A stretch of DNA of 64,000 nucleotides from Eledone cirrhosa. Taxonomy: Eukaryota. The position numbers were made by a program, and so were the translations under genes. Positions 14,505 through 28,040 of the stretch are shown piece after piece. Where the stretch lies: positions 18,476,001 through 18,540,000 of the forward strand of contig OZ024747.1 of NCBI GenBank assembly GCA_964016885.1, in the 5' to 3' direction. Numbering within the stretch: position 1 is the first letter of the stretch; each line of letters begins with the position of its first letter. The notes below the pieces were generated by a model. The model was not told where the DNA came from, did not search any database, and saw only the letters and a list, made by a program, of their open reading frames with translations.

Positions 14505-15140
14505 AGTAGTTCCTGTCTGTTTGTTTGTTTGTTTGTTTGTTCACGAACTCCTATGGTTTTGGAGATAGACCCCCGTAACCATATATATTCTGAAACTACA
14601 TTTCCCAGGGTACTTGGATAAGAATATTTAATTTTAATCAAGGGGTTCCTCGGGGGCACGAACCCCCGGTGAAAGTTTTTTCCCTTCCATTTATATGAAA
14701 TTTAAACCATAGGTAAATGAGTAAGATATGATGCCTATTTACAAAATTTCAGCAAAATTCAATAATATTGAGACACCCTTATGGGGGTTAAACGCCCTAT
14801 AGTGAAAATTTGGGAAGCCCATAACTTGAGTATTGGAACTTTGAATTTCTAATTTGAAAATAATGCTTTACACAAAAATGAAATGATCAAGTTTTGAATT
14901 GATATTTTGAAAGAAATTATTCAAAAGAAACAAAATAAGAATAAGATTTAATAATGTAATTTTGATTTGATATATTACAAAAAATAATGTTTTCCAATTT
15001 TTCATGCATTACATTTTACATTGAGTAATATTGAAATGCAGATATTTTCTCCATAAATTATATCACTGATTTAAAATCAATCATCATTTTCCTACAAAAA
15101 AAAATTTGTGAAACACAGTAAGGCGCGGGTAATTCGGCTA

Positions 15141-15143
<3 letters not shown>
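14505..15143 (-). mobile_element. Helentron/Helitron-like non-autonomous element
   Basis: Begins TACTAGCCGAATTACCCGCGC on the minus strand and ends acaaacagacaggaactacttta(TA)n. Homologous to 16764-18030 and 9710-10268. Confidence 0.6.
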
Positions 15144-15196
<53 letters not shown>

Positions 15197-15383
15197 TTCT
15201 GGTGTTGGTTAATAGTTTTCGAGTTTTAACACCAATGGCCCAGATCTCATCTAGTGTTCAATGGAATGGCCCAAATGTTGGTGTGAGTTCTGAAACAACA
15301 AATACACTGAAGATGATTTATCTGCTTGCCTGTACATCCACACACATACACACACACACACGCACACGCACACACACACACAT

Positions 15384-15480
<97 letters not shown>

Positions 15481-15965
15481 ATCGTCAGTCGATTGACTTT
15501 CGTCAAATCGGACCGAGGAAACGATGTTTCCATGGGTCTTTCTAATTGCTAATACTATCTATCGCGGTCGCAACTCCAGGTAGAAGGAGCAACGAGAAAT
15601 AAAGTGTCTTGCTCAAGGACATAACGTATCACATGGTCGGGGAATCGAAATCACAACCTCACGATTGCGATTCCAATTCTCTTACCACTCACCCACGTGC
15701 ATGTTTATATATGTAAATGTACACCCCCCCTCCATATATATATATATGTCTGTGAAGGCGTGTGGCGGAGTGGTTAGGGAATTGGATTCGCAATCGTAAG
15801 GTTGTGAGTTCGATTCCTGGACCAGGCGATGCGTTATGTCCTTGAGCAAGACACTTTATTTCACGTTGCTCCTTCTACCTGGAGTTGCGACCGATAGATA
15901 GTATTAGCAATTGGAAAGACCAACGGAAACATTGTTCCCTCGGTCCGATTTGACGAAAGTCGATC
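15481..15965. mobile_element. Inverted pair of tRNA-derived SINE family 2 (CORE-like)
   Basis: 15481-15700 (-) and 15753-15965 (+) share GTGGTTAG...GTGAGTTCGATTCC...GTCCTTGAGCAAGACACTTTATTTC and a common tail. Other copies at about 15984, 37982 and 42925. Confidence 0.8.
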
Positions 15966-16357
15966 GTTCCTATATGTCTGTGTGAAGGTGCATGGCTTAG
16001 TGGTTAGATTATTGAGTTTGCAATCGAAAGACTGTGAGTTCAATTCTCGGACCTGGTGATGTGTTGTTTCCTTGAGCAAGACACTTTATTTCACGTTGCT
16101 CCAGTTTACTCAGCTGTAGAAATGAGATGATAGGACTGGGGTCCCTATCATTAAACCACCCAAGACACCTCCAACGAGATATACTTTGGAGGAGGCCAGC
16201 TAAACCTGCATAGGTGTGAGCTGTCACACGCACACACATATATATATATATGATTTCTACCGAATGAAACAGTTCTAGTCCTGTAGAAGCCTCTCTATAT
16301 GTATACTCTGCTATGTGTTGAGTACCTTACTTACTGTGGTTACCCCTGATTGAACCT

Positions 16358-16434
<77 letters not shown>

Positions 16435-16763
16435 ACATTTACATATATATTAGCACATATTTAACTGATATATACATATACATGAACGGATACAGATGTT
16501 GAGATAAACGAGAAGAGCCATAACCTCTTAGAGAACACTTAATGGTGCAATGTTGACTCATTATAACGAACTCTAATTCTTGGGTTCTGAAAAACTTAAC
16601 TTCCGGTCGTCGTAGAAAAAACAAAACAAAGGTATGACCTACCACTTATTACTTTCATATCATATTTCTAAGAGACATGCAATCCCCCCCCCCCTCACGC
16701 ACATGCACACACGGGAGCCAAATTACTTAATTCAAGTACCGACATTTTACAAAATAATATATA

Positions 16764-18030
16764 TACTAGCCGAATTACCCGCGCCTTGCTGCGTTTCACA
16801 ACCTTTTTTTGTAAGAAAATGATGATTGATTTTAAATATCATTTATGGAGAAAAACTCTGCATTTCAATATTACTCAATGTAAAATGTAATGCATAGAAA
16901 ATTGGAAAACATTATTTTTGGTGGATTGGCAGTATCGGTAGAGGGTCGGATGCCATACTTTGACGCATAGAATTACGGTTCTTGCCATTCTGAGTTCAAA
17001 TCCCGCCGAGGTTAACTTTGCCTTTCATCCTCACGGGGTCGATGAAATAAAGTACCAGTAATGCACTGGCCTTGTGCCAAAAGTAGAAACAATTATTTTT
17101 GTAATATATCAAATCAAAATTACATTATTAAATCTTATTCTTATTTTGTTTCTTGTAAATAACTTTTTTCAAAATATAAATTTTAAACTTTTGTGAATAG
17201 GCATCATAAGTTGTCATTTACCTATGGTTTATGGTTTAAATTTTATATAAATCGAAGGGAATACATTTTCAGCGGGGGTTTGTGCCTCCGGGGAACCCTA
17301 ATGGGGGTTAAACCTCCTATTAGGGTGTCTTAATATTATTGAAATTTGCTGAAATTTTGTGAATAAGCATCATACTTTGTCATTTACCGATGGTTTAAAT
17401 TTCATGTAAAACGAAGGGAAAACATTTTCAGCGGGGGTTTCTGCCTGCAGCAAACCCTAATAGGGGTTGAACCCCCATTAGGGTGTCTTAATATTATTGA
17501 AATTTGCTGAAATTTTGTGAATAAGCATCATACTTTGTCATTTACCGATGGTTTAAATTTCATGTAAAACGAAGGGAAAACATTTTCAGCGGGGGTTTCT
17601 GCCTGCAGCAAACCCTAATAGGGGTTGAACCCCCATTAGGGTGTCTTAATATTATTGAAATTTGCTGAAATTTTGTGAATAAGCATCATACTTTGTCATT
17701 TACCGATGGTTTAAATTTCATGTAAAACGAAGGGAAAACATTTTCAGCGGGGGTTTCTGCCTGCAGCAAACCCTAATAGGGGTTGAACCCCCATTAGGGT
17801 GTCTTAATATTATTGAAATTTGCTGAAATTTTGTCAATAGGCAGGTGTTTTTGTCAATAGCAGGTGTTTTCAGCGGGCATTTTGTACCCCCGGGGAACCC
17901 TTTGATTAAAATGAAATATACTTATCCAAGTATCCTGGGCAATGTAGTTTCAGAATACATATGGTTATGGGTGTGTATCTCCAAAACCATAGGTGTAGTT
18001 CGTGAACAAACAGACAGGAATACAACTTTA
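16764..18030 (+). mobile_element. Helentron/Helitron-like non-autonomous element with internal 158-bp tandem repeat and nested SINE
   Basis: TACTAGCCGAATTACCCGCGC start. The internal repeat recurs at 17341, 17499, 17657 and 17815, each unit with hairpin accctaataggggttgaacccccattagggt. A SINE is inserted at 16920-17096. Confidence 0.65.
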
Positions 18031-18046
18031 TATATATATATATATA

Positions 18047-19029
18047 AGTGGTAACACAACATTTAGTTCACTATACCGAGAACAATCGTTTCACCTTAGC
18101 GGATCTTCAGCTCGTACCGGTCATAGTTATACGGAACAGGAATAACAACTGTATGAACGCGCATGCGCAGAAACGGTCACTTCACCCAAGTGATACAAAG
18201 CCACAGGCGAAAGGTGTAAGGGAGATAACTACAAAAGTCCGGAAAAGATGTTCGAGTTGATAAGAAAATTAGAATGTTGTTGTTATTCAATCAGGAGCTT
18301 TGTAGTTATGTAAGAGGTGTTTCCAGACATGTGGACAACGTGAGAAGATTTCATTTCTTGAATTTAGGCAATCGCTATTGCGTAATCTCCTTAGAATATT
18401 TATCCTTTCTTCAATACACAGTCCACAAGACGGATTGCCCGTAGCGTATGGCTTGGACTTAGTGATGGCTTTCCATTGAATGGAGTAGTCTATACCTGAG
18501 ACCTTGAGGGACCATACGTGGCTCACGAGTTTCGTGGATGATCATTTGTCCGGGTACCTAAAGGTCGACTGATGGTTCAGGAAGCGTTCCTTAAATCGAC
18601 CCTCCGCCATACCCACATAGGATTTGGCCTCCTGTGGTTGATTTGGTCGGTTGGAAGTGACCGCAGCTTCATAAACTACAGCGGGTGTGTTGCATTGCTG
18701 TTGAAGGGGACAAGCTTCAGGCTTTCGGCAAGAGCATCCTGGTGGGGTGCCGCTCTTAAGACTCTTAGGTAATGTGGGCCTTCGTATTCTTAGCGCAGGA
18801 GTACCCTAGTTTTACTCTGTCTGTTAAAGATGGAGCAGTATTTGTGAACAATGGGAAAGTATTTATATATTGCGTAATCTCCTTAGAATATATTTCTAAT
18901 ATATTCTAAGGAGATTACGCAATAACGTTTGCCTAAATTCAAGATATGAAATCTTCTCACGTTGTCCACATCTCTGGAAACACCTCTTGCATAACTACAA
19001 AGCTCCGGATTGAATAACAACAAAATTCT
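18047..19029 (-). mobile_element. Penelope-like element remnant (GIY-YIG C-terminus, HHR-bearing tail, inverted 5' segment)
   Basis: 18287-18526 encodes HVWSLK...IQWKAI..SKPY....CGLCIEERINI...LNSRNEIFSRCPH..KHLL. Near 18790-18870 it reads YKYFPIVHKYCSIFNR and, after a frameshift, VKLGYSCAKN. Both are typical of PLE proteins. 18900-19029 is an inverted copy of about 18271-18400. The 3' end abuts (TA)n. Confidence 0.85.
18077..18114 (-). ncRNA. Minimal hammerhead ribozyme in the PLE 3' tail
   Basis: cgag-CTGAAGA-[tcc gctaa ggt]-GAAA-cgattg-TT-ctcg. A related copy at about 59885-59922 has palindromic stem III caattg but a mutated core. Confidence 0.75.
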
Positions 19030-20810
19030 GCCGAGGTTAACTTTGCCTTTCATCCTTACGGGGTCGATAAAATAAAGTACCAGTAATGCACTGGAGTAAA
19101 TGCTGACCTTGTGCCAAAAGTAGAAACAATTATTACACTGACGGCACTAATTTCGTTACTGCATTAGGGCTTGATGAACACAACTACAAGGATATGGTCC
19201 GAACTTGGAAGAGCCGAACTCCCATTGTCATCTCCCCCATCTCTCTCGCCCTCCCCATCTCTCTGTATGGTGAGCAAATGGGGTCCCATGTGCTGGCCAC
19301 ATACGAAGGTATTTTTCACAATTTCCACCAATCAAATTCCACCCACAAGTCATTAATCAACCCGAGGTAAAGTTATGGTAGAGGAGCCTTTGTCCATGGC
19401 GTCGCACAAAGAATCGAACTCCAAAGGAGTCCCTTGTTTACGATGTAAAATGTTTAACTATACAGCCATGCTTCCCTTTCCCGTGGCCCACCAAACTATC
19501 TAGGTTGGTTTTTGTTCCGGACTTGTTACAATGTAATTACTTCTATGGTAGTTCATTTGATCACTTAGTACACCTCTTTGGTAGATTAACACATTTAATA
19601 CACTTAAACCCCTTTAACATTATTGCTACCTTGTATTAAACTATATAAACTGTCTATAAATAAATATAGTGTCAATATAACACTTGGCTCAAGCAGATTC
19701 CAAAGAAAAAAGTAATAAAGAAATACGTAAGGAAAGAGAAAATGAAATCTTTGTAGACATTAAGTAAATGTCACGGCGAAGCAGCCTGCATTGATTCCTT
19801 CTAAATCCCAATGGGAGTTTAGAAGTGGTTCTCTTGATAAATATAGCGTTTATATTCTCATATTTATTAATCTTTTTCGTATCAGCATTTACATAACACA
19901 TATTTTAATTCTCCCTCAAGTATATCAAATAAACGTGTCAAATGTAAGATTTGCGAAAAATATCAACATTGCGTGCACGTATGTGTGTATTTATCATCGC
20001 CTTTTAACGTCTATTTTCCTTGCTTGCACATATTTCACACGAATGTTCGTGTTTATGTTTCAGTGAGTGTGTATACATGTATGTTGTTCGTGTTGCTATT
20101 TAGTCCCAACTCACCGCTGACTCGGCTATGATCAAAGAGATTCAAGTTGCGACTATCCTTATCTCATTCTGTACATTTAGAATTATATTGGTTAATGTAT
20201 TCTTCCTTTTTATAGACAAGAGTGTGATTTTAGGGAATTTTGTGGGTATTTCAAGCAATTCCAGACGCTGCCAACCTCTAAAACCTCAAACGGGGAGTAC
20301 TATGAAAACAAGTGCCCCAAAAGGGGGAGAAATGAGGCAAAATGGGGAGATTTTACATAATTGTTTCTATTTTTGGCACAAGGCCAGCGATTACCCAAGT
20401 GTATTACTGGTGATTTATTTTATCGACCCCGTAAGGATGAAAGGCAAAGTTAACCTCGGCGGTATTTGAACTCAGACCATAAAGGGCCATAACTCTTTGC
20501 TGCAAAGCATGGCGTCAGACCCTCTACCGATATTGCCAATCCACCGGGGAGATTTTACATAATGAAAGCTATACCCATTTTTACGTCCGACGGGGAGAAT
20601 TGACAGGTCTGCAATTCGTAAGGTTTTGAGTTCGATGCCCTTTTTTTTTAAACAGTAGAGAAATTTATATATATATATATATATAATCTGCCAATAAATG
20701 TGAAGACTAAAATCCCAAGACGGCTCGATAAGGATAAATATATATCAGATATATAGAAGATCCCGTTAAGGGTGAAAGCAGTGATTCTTTGCTTAAACTT
20801 TAATCTGTTA

Positions 20811-20859
<49 letters not shown>

Positions 20860-20861
<2 letters not shown>

Positions 20862-21337
20862 AAAGTTATATTTAAATTGTTGGGTTACAACTAGTAAATA
20901 TTTATAACTGATATAAAAGCACTCAACAAGTATTTGGAGTATATTTACGATATTAAATAAATGGAAACTATATTTATAAAACCATATCTATTTCATTATA
21001 TATATTTCAGGGATATCATATTAACAATATGTTATGCCTTCTTCAGACAAAATACAATATAGACAGTTTTATAGATAAATAGATTTGACATACCGTTCAA
21101 CATCGACTTGTATTTGAAAAAGTTGATTTGGCAGTCAAATCAAAAAATGGTCTGCCAAATCAACTTTTTCAAATACAAGTCGATGTTGAACGGTATGTCA
21201 AATCTATTTATCTATAAAACTGTCTATATTGTATTTTGTCTGAAGAAGGCATAACATATTGTTAATATGATATCCCTGAAATATATATAATGAAATAGAT
21301 ATGGTTTTATAAATATAGTTTCCATTTATTTAATATC

Positions 21338-21340
<3 letters not shown>
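20860..21340. mobile_element. Fold-back HHR element family E (189-bp arms)
   Basis: Arms 20946-21134 and 21152-21340, unique extension 20860-20945, (TA)n on both sides. Related copy 57236-57588, fragment about 3450-3528. Confidence 0.9.
21232..21297 (+). ncRNA. Type I hammerhead ribozyme, family E (mirror 20989-21054, -)
   Basis: tattttgt-CTGAAGA-[aggcataacatatt gtt aatatgatatccct]-GAAA-tatata-TA-atgaaata. Confidence 0.8.
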
Positions 21341-21402
<62 letters not shown>

Positions 21403-21406
<4 letters not shown>

Positions 21407-21976
21407 ATTATTTGGGTTTGTTGGTTCACCACTGGATAGAACTGGTCATCCTGTGTGGTCAGCCATGATGTAATGTTATGGAAAGCACTCAACGTAATGC
21501 AACCACCTCTCTTCGTTTGTGTAGTTGGTGGTGCGAGTACGGAGTTAATTATTACAAAATAACAGGAGGCATGTTCTGGTATAAATCCTTGAAAGGTTTA
21601 TTTTACTATGATCATTTCAATGACTGGGTTCAGTATGAATCCGGTGACATCATCAGGTATTTCAAAATATAACGAAGGAATATATCAGATAAAAATCTTT
21701 GGTGTTTAAATCAGAGACAAGGGGCGGCCGGTATTTTAGCGACTAGTATCTACGTCAACCGTCTTGAGGGTGGTCTACGTAGATACAAGTCGCTAAAATA
21801 CTGGCCACCCTCTTGATTTAAACACCAAAGATTTTTATCTGATATATTTTTTCGTTATATTTTGAATTACCTGATGATGTCACCGGATTCATACTGAACC
21901 CAGTCATTGAAATGATCATAGTAAAATATACCTTTCAAGGATTTACACCAGAACATGCCTCCTGTTATTTTGTAAT
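21403..21976. mobile_element. Fold-back HHR element family F (about 200-bp arms)
   Basis: Arms 21551-21755 and 21777-21976, slightly diverged. Unique extension 21403-21550. (TA)n flanks. Confidence 0.88.
21867..21924 (+). ncRNA. Type I hammerhead ribozyme, family F (mirror 21603-21659, -)
   Basis: ttac-CTGATGA-[tgtcaccggattca tac tgaacccagtcatt]-GAAA-tgatca-TA-gtaa. Stem III is palindromic; stem II is imperfect. Confidence 0.7.
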
Positions 21977-24900
21977 ATATATACATATACATATATATGC
22001 ATACATACATACATGAGTGTATTCTCTCTCTCTATATATATACATATTTAAGCCCCGGCTAGCCGAGTTAATATATATATGTATGTTGATACTTATTCTA
22101 TCAAATTAAACAAGAAAATCAAACCCCCTGCGGGATTTGAAATCAGAATATATGATGTAATATTAAATTCCATTAGTTGTTTAACCAGCTAGTCTATAGT
22201 TTCTATCACAACCTCCCTCCCTCCACCGCAAAGTTTCCTTCTAAATATTTAATACTTCTCTGTAACAAGGGACGTAGAGAAATCGGTTAGTACACGACCA
22301 TTAGAAAGACAAAATGTCATTTTTTTGAAATTTGTATCTAGTATAGACCGAAACAAAAGACCATTTTTTAAATTGATGTGTAGTAGAGACCGAGGCAAAA
22401 GATCAATTTTTACTTCATATCTATCTAGTAGACGACAGACAAAAAATATCAATTCTTACATGTGAATTATAGAACAAATTGATCTGACATATATAGATAC
22501 TTATTTTGTTGAGAATGTAGTCAAATCCAATGTGATTATGAACTTAAAATTTAAAATGACATAATACAAACTAGCACAGCTCCAATTTCGCCCTTAATGT
22601 ATTTCTCAAACAAGTAGTGGTTTGGAAGAATTAGTAGAGCCGTGGATAAAATGCTATTGTGATATTTGTTCTGGATCTTTACATTCTGAGTTCAAATTCC
22701 ATCGAGGTCAACTTTGTTTTTCATGCTTCCGGTGTCGATAAAATAAAGTACCACTCAAAAACCTGTGTTTGATTCAATCAACTTTACCCTTTCCGCAAAT
22801 TTGCTTATCTTGTTCCTAGGTTAGAAATCAATATTTCATTTCTCATCGGTAGGAAATTGGTAGAACGCTAATTCTCTTCATTTACATTATTCATATCTTT
22901 GAGCGGGCCTTTGATTAGCATTAAAACAATCCATTTCTCTTACGTTAGATGTATATGGCTGCAAAGAAAAATAAGATTAATTTCGGGCATATGAAGTCAA
23001 TTGAATAGCAGAAATAGTTCAAATTTCGTTTACGTCAGTTTTTTTTTATTATTTAGCCAAGGGCGGAAGGACAGTTCCCATGACGATTTACACAGCCTCC
23101 TCGATATAGGAAGGGTGGAAAGTATCCTCAAACCGGAGAAGTGGTTTAAGTGCTTGTAATAGAGCGAACTATGTTAAAATTATACAAGAACTATGCGGTG
23201 TTGTTAAATAAAGTGACGTATTAAACATACAATCGAAGTAGGCCACAGCCAGATTTGAATCCAGAATGCAAAGATACGGAAAAACTAACACAAAGCATCG
23301 TGTCTGACAGACATTCCAACAAGTCCACCAATCGCCCAATGCCTCGGACTAAGAATTTGTTTTAACGACCCTGAAAGGATGAAAGATGCTTCTGTCTCTC
23401 TCGTTCTCCTCCCGTCTTCCCCTTTTATCTCGTCGATATAAACATGTTACAGACATATACTTGAGTCTCGTATATTAGACACTCGTCCACTAAATATTGC
23501 TGGCATTACTATGAGTCAGATTTCCATGTAAAGACTGCAAGGAACTTATACTATTAAAATTATTTCCTCTTTTCCTTCCGTTGATCCACTTAAGATATAA
23601 AACGTTGTCTCTTATCCCATCCTTTAATACAACAACAACAAAACATATTTCTTTATGTGAAAGTTGGATTTGTTGCACATGAGGAAGGAAAATAATTCAT
23701 TATGAAGATAAATAAAATACGAGATAAAAATATATAATAAAAATAGGTTTATCTTCTTCGCCCACTTATTCCTGGGAGGGGCCGAGTCTTCAAACCCTCC
23801 TTCTAGCGAGTCCTGTCAGAATCAACCGTTTCCAATTGATCCGTCTGAATTCCACTCTAATAATTATATTTTCTCTCCAAACTATCAAAACACATATCTA
23901 TGCGCTACAATTTATGGGAATGTTGTTTATCGCACATCGAAGTTGTCTGACCATTTTAAAGTGCAAAGAGCTAAACTAATTACTACAACTAAATTATCCA
24001 AATCCCGCCCCCAAATTCAGAAATGCTTCCACCGTCCCCGGTAAGTATATATGTATGTCTCTATGCGCACGTGGAGAGAGAGAGAGCTAAGATACCATAT
24101 AAACAGCTGTGAAGTCAACAATACGCTGCCAAGTCACTTGATTCTCAAATGACCCAGTCAGTTTAGTCGAACGTACGTACCGCAGTATACGACAGCCTCT
24201 CTATGGAGAGAACAGGCATTCTGCTATATTGATACAGGATGATTCTTTAGTTTTTAGTGTTCAATACAACTGCCCAACTTTGCGGAGAAGCTGTTTCGGT
24301 GGTTTAATTGAGAGTTTTTTTGTTCTGCATTATATAAATTGTTATAACGTTTAAAACAACGCAGTAAAAACAATATAATACAAATAAAACTAAGAATAAT
24401 GCACAAGTCACTGTAAAACTAAGAATAATGCATATATCACAATGATATATGCCTGGACAATGTGTGAGAACTCTCTCCGATGTGCAGAGCTGAAGGTGTA
24501 TGTTGCCTGGTGGTTCCTGGGGACAAAATAGAGGATAACGAGAAAGACATGCTGAAACAGCCATTCAAACTTGCGCGGCTCACTTTTGCAGATGGCCTAC
24601 TCCATCCCGATAGCAGCGAATAGGGAAGGTGTTTCGGAGAGCCAGAACGACAGATGTCTCCACCGTTATAGATTCAAAGTCTATAGATTTAAGAACTTCT
24701 CGGGGCCCCTCTTCAATTATCTCAGTGGCATCTGTGTAGAATCTGTCTTTGCTCTTGGTTAGGAACTGCTGCAATCGATATTGATTCTGCCGACCTATCA
24801 TCAAAGACATTTCAGTCATGACCATTATCTTTTTTCTTCTCAGGCTTAGCATATCTAAGACAACACTCTTCAATGTATCCTTCCATTTATTTTTTAAATA

Positions 24901-25604
24901 TAGCAGTATGATATAAGTGAGATTTAGCTCTTATTTCTTGCAAGTCGTGCAGCCACGTATAAGTTTCTATGATTGCTTGTATTGGTCAAAGCATAAACTC
25001 GTTTCACTCTGGCATTTCTCCAGTATTGCGCTTATGTTCCAGAAGTTTGATGGATACTGCGAGCTAACGAACCAGCTTCTACATGGTCCATCAACCTGCT
25101 AAAATAGCAGCTAAACCTCGCTCAAACCACAACTTTAAAGTAGTTCCTGATATACAAAAAGATACATGATTTGGGGTTAAATATGGATAACAACGACAGC
25201 CAGGGAGTCCGTGCAATGGCGATATTTATATAATATAAATACTACACGTAGTATTTCTACTCATGTTTTATCGGATCCATTTCAACATCATTATTGATTC
25301 CCTGCATACATAAAAATCAACAAAGAGTTTGAGTAACAAAATCAATCTTCAACAACTTTTTGTCTTCCACTGCAGTATTGGAATGTAGTGAGGGAAGAAG
25401 GAAGCTAGATTAGAAATCGAAGTATTTATTTAAACAATCTGAAAATATTTATCATCTATAGGACTGATAAGAAAAATGAGTGTAACAACTGCTTACTTTC
25501 TTCTCTTTCTGTGGCTCACATTGTCTGTCTGTCTCTCTCTCTTTCTCTCTCTCCCATTTCTCTCTCTCTCTTCCCCCGTCTCCCTCTCTCCTCTCTCTCT
25601 CTCG

Positions 25605-25677
<73 letters not shown>

Positions 25678-25753
25678 TATATTATATATCCAGCGATTTA
25701 TTTATTTCTCCCTCTCTCTTCCCCGTCTCCCCCCCCCCTCTCTCCCTCTCTCT

Positions 25754-25820
<67 letters not shown>

Positions 25821-25891
25821 TATATTATATATCCAGCGATTTATTTCTCCCTCTCTCTTCCCCCGTCTCCCCCCTCTCTCTCTCTCTCTCA

Positions 25892-25926
<35 letters not shown>

Positions 25927-27072
25927 TATATTATATATCCAGCGATTTATTTCTCCCTCTCTCTTTTTCTTTCTCTCTTTATATATCTCTCTTCTTCTTT
26001 GCCCACTCATTCCGTGGAGGGTCGTAGGGGAAGAGGCCTCAAACGCTGTTTCTAGCGGGTCCTGTTAGAAGCAACGGTGTCCAATTGATCCGGCTGGATC
26101 CCCAAGCGAGACCAGCCAAGCACATGGATGTTATCCAGCCATCTTGCTCGGCGGTCTATCCCTGGATCTCCTGCCAGTTGGTTTAGCCCGTAAAATCTGT
26201 CCAGCGATTCTTTCCTGGGACATTCTAACCACATGCCTATAGTATCGGAGCTGTGATCTCTAAATTTGGAGAAGTAGCGGCTCTACCGATCGAAATAAAT
26301 TATATGGATCTCATTTTACCATAAAAAGCTCAATGAATATTATGGGCTAAAACCTTTCAGAGCATAATTGACACAATATCATTATGGTACAATAATACTT
26401 ATATTTAGCAAAACAAAGCATAGTCAGAAATGCAAGCAAAAATACATTTATTAGCAAACTCAGTATCAAATGATACATATCATTTATAAATATAGTAAAA
26501 TAAAAATATATAATATTTATTTATATATAGTATATATATTATATTATTTATTATCAATAAATTAACGATTTTATTTATTATATATTATTTGCAATTTGTG
26601 TGTAGACAGATCTCTCTGGAAATAGGGTTTGTGGGGCGCTGAGGGTATTACGTGGACATGAGGGAGGCGGTGGCCCCAAAAGGTTTGAGAACCTCTGATC
26701 TAGATGTATTTAGACATAGTTGAGTGGTGCTTAACGTATTTATTTTGCAAACTCGTGGTACTTAGTTATATCTATGTAGCCATTGATATCCAAATCTTTT
26801 GGTCAGGGAAGAAACAATGTAGTAACGTTGATGAATGACTGTTAAGCCAAAATACTTTTAATGAAATGCCAAACATTTATGGAAGGCTTTGAAAATTATA
26901 ACTTTCAACAGCTGCATATAATTGATAGAATTTAGATAAACCATCTGAATTCCATCGCTTGGTTTTCCATTACCACTATAAATCTTGAGTTCATTTGGAT
27001 CAGGTCGTTAGTCTGAGGGTAACTCGATGTCCTGATACTCTGCATTTTATTGCAGCTGTCCAGATAGTTTTG

Positions 27073-27250
27073 CAGGTAAAATTCCGTTATAACGAATACC
27101 ATTATAACGAATTTTTCAGTATAACGAATTTTTTTTCAATCCGCGAAGTAATAACAAACAAACGCTCGATTTGTTTCGGTTATAATGAATTTTTCGTTTA
27201 AATGAATTTTTTTTATATCCCGTGAATTTCGTTATAATGAAATTTCACTG
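27073..27250. mobile_element. Tc1/mariner-pogo-type MITE
   Basis: Imperfect TIRs caggtaaaattccgttataacgaa and ttcgttataatgaaatttcactg, followed by TA. Confidence 0.6.
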
Positions 27251-27943
27251 TAGTCCTTTCTCCTCTGATTAATACATAAAAATTAACAGTCGTAATCGAC
27301 AGGATTTGTATAATTCAGGTAAAGAATTTCTGTTCATTGTTTTGAGAACCCAATATTTTCAAGGTTATGCTAAACAGGCCAGACACAGTGCAACACTTCT
27401 ATATACCCATGGGTATAAGTATGTAACGAATGCATACAGACATGAATTGCATGTATGAATACATGTGGTGTAAACATCAGTAGACTATAATATTCATTTT
27501 TGACGAGAGCCTGCTAAGCTAGACTGTTATGAAGTGGAGGTAGTGATGGTGACTAGAAACAAAAGATGTGAAAACAAAAGGGGGACATAGGCAAGTCTCT
27601 GATGGCAAATGGCACGCTTAAACATGCAGCAATTACATAGAGAACATACGTGTGCACAGATTCCCGCTGGCTTTAGAAACAAACAAACAACAGAAACCCT
27701 CAAAGCAGCCAACCCAGACTTGAAACTTATATGCAGTAGTAGATCTCGTGTTAAACTTGTCATATATGTTGTTCTTGGAGTTAGGTTTCTGGCGTATGTT
27801 TAGGCTCGTGTCAGGGCTTGTATAAGGGAACATTTGGTTTGGCATGCAGGGCGCCACGCGACGCGACAGAGCGTTTGCAGGGAAGCATCAATATAGGTAA
27901 CATGATGTTCATCTCAGAAGGTTCTGGTAAATAGAGCAGAAAT

Positions 27944-27978
<35 letters not shown>

Positions 27979-28040
27979 ATATATATATATATATATATAT
28001 AATCCAAAAAAAAACAAAAAAAAAAATATATATATATATA

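Noticed and set aside
24300-25100. Non-repetitive stretch with short ORFs (24571-24762, 24580-24873)
   Set aside because: No recognisable domain or convincing exon structure; possibly a decayed transposon.
25540-25960. Triplicated CT/TA/CA block
   Set aside because: Ordinary microsatellite-mediated local duplication.
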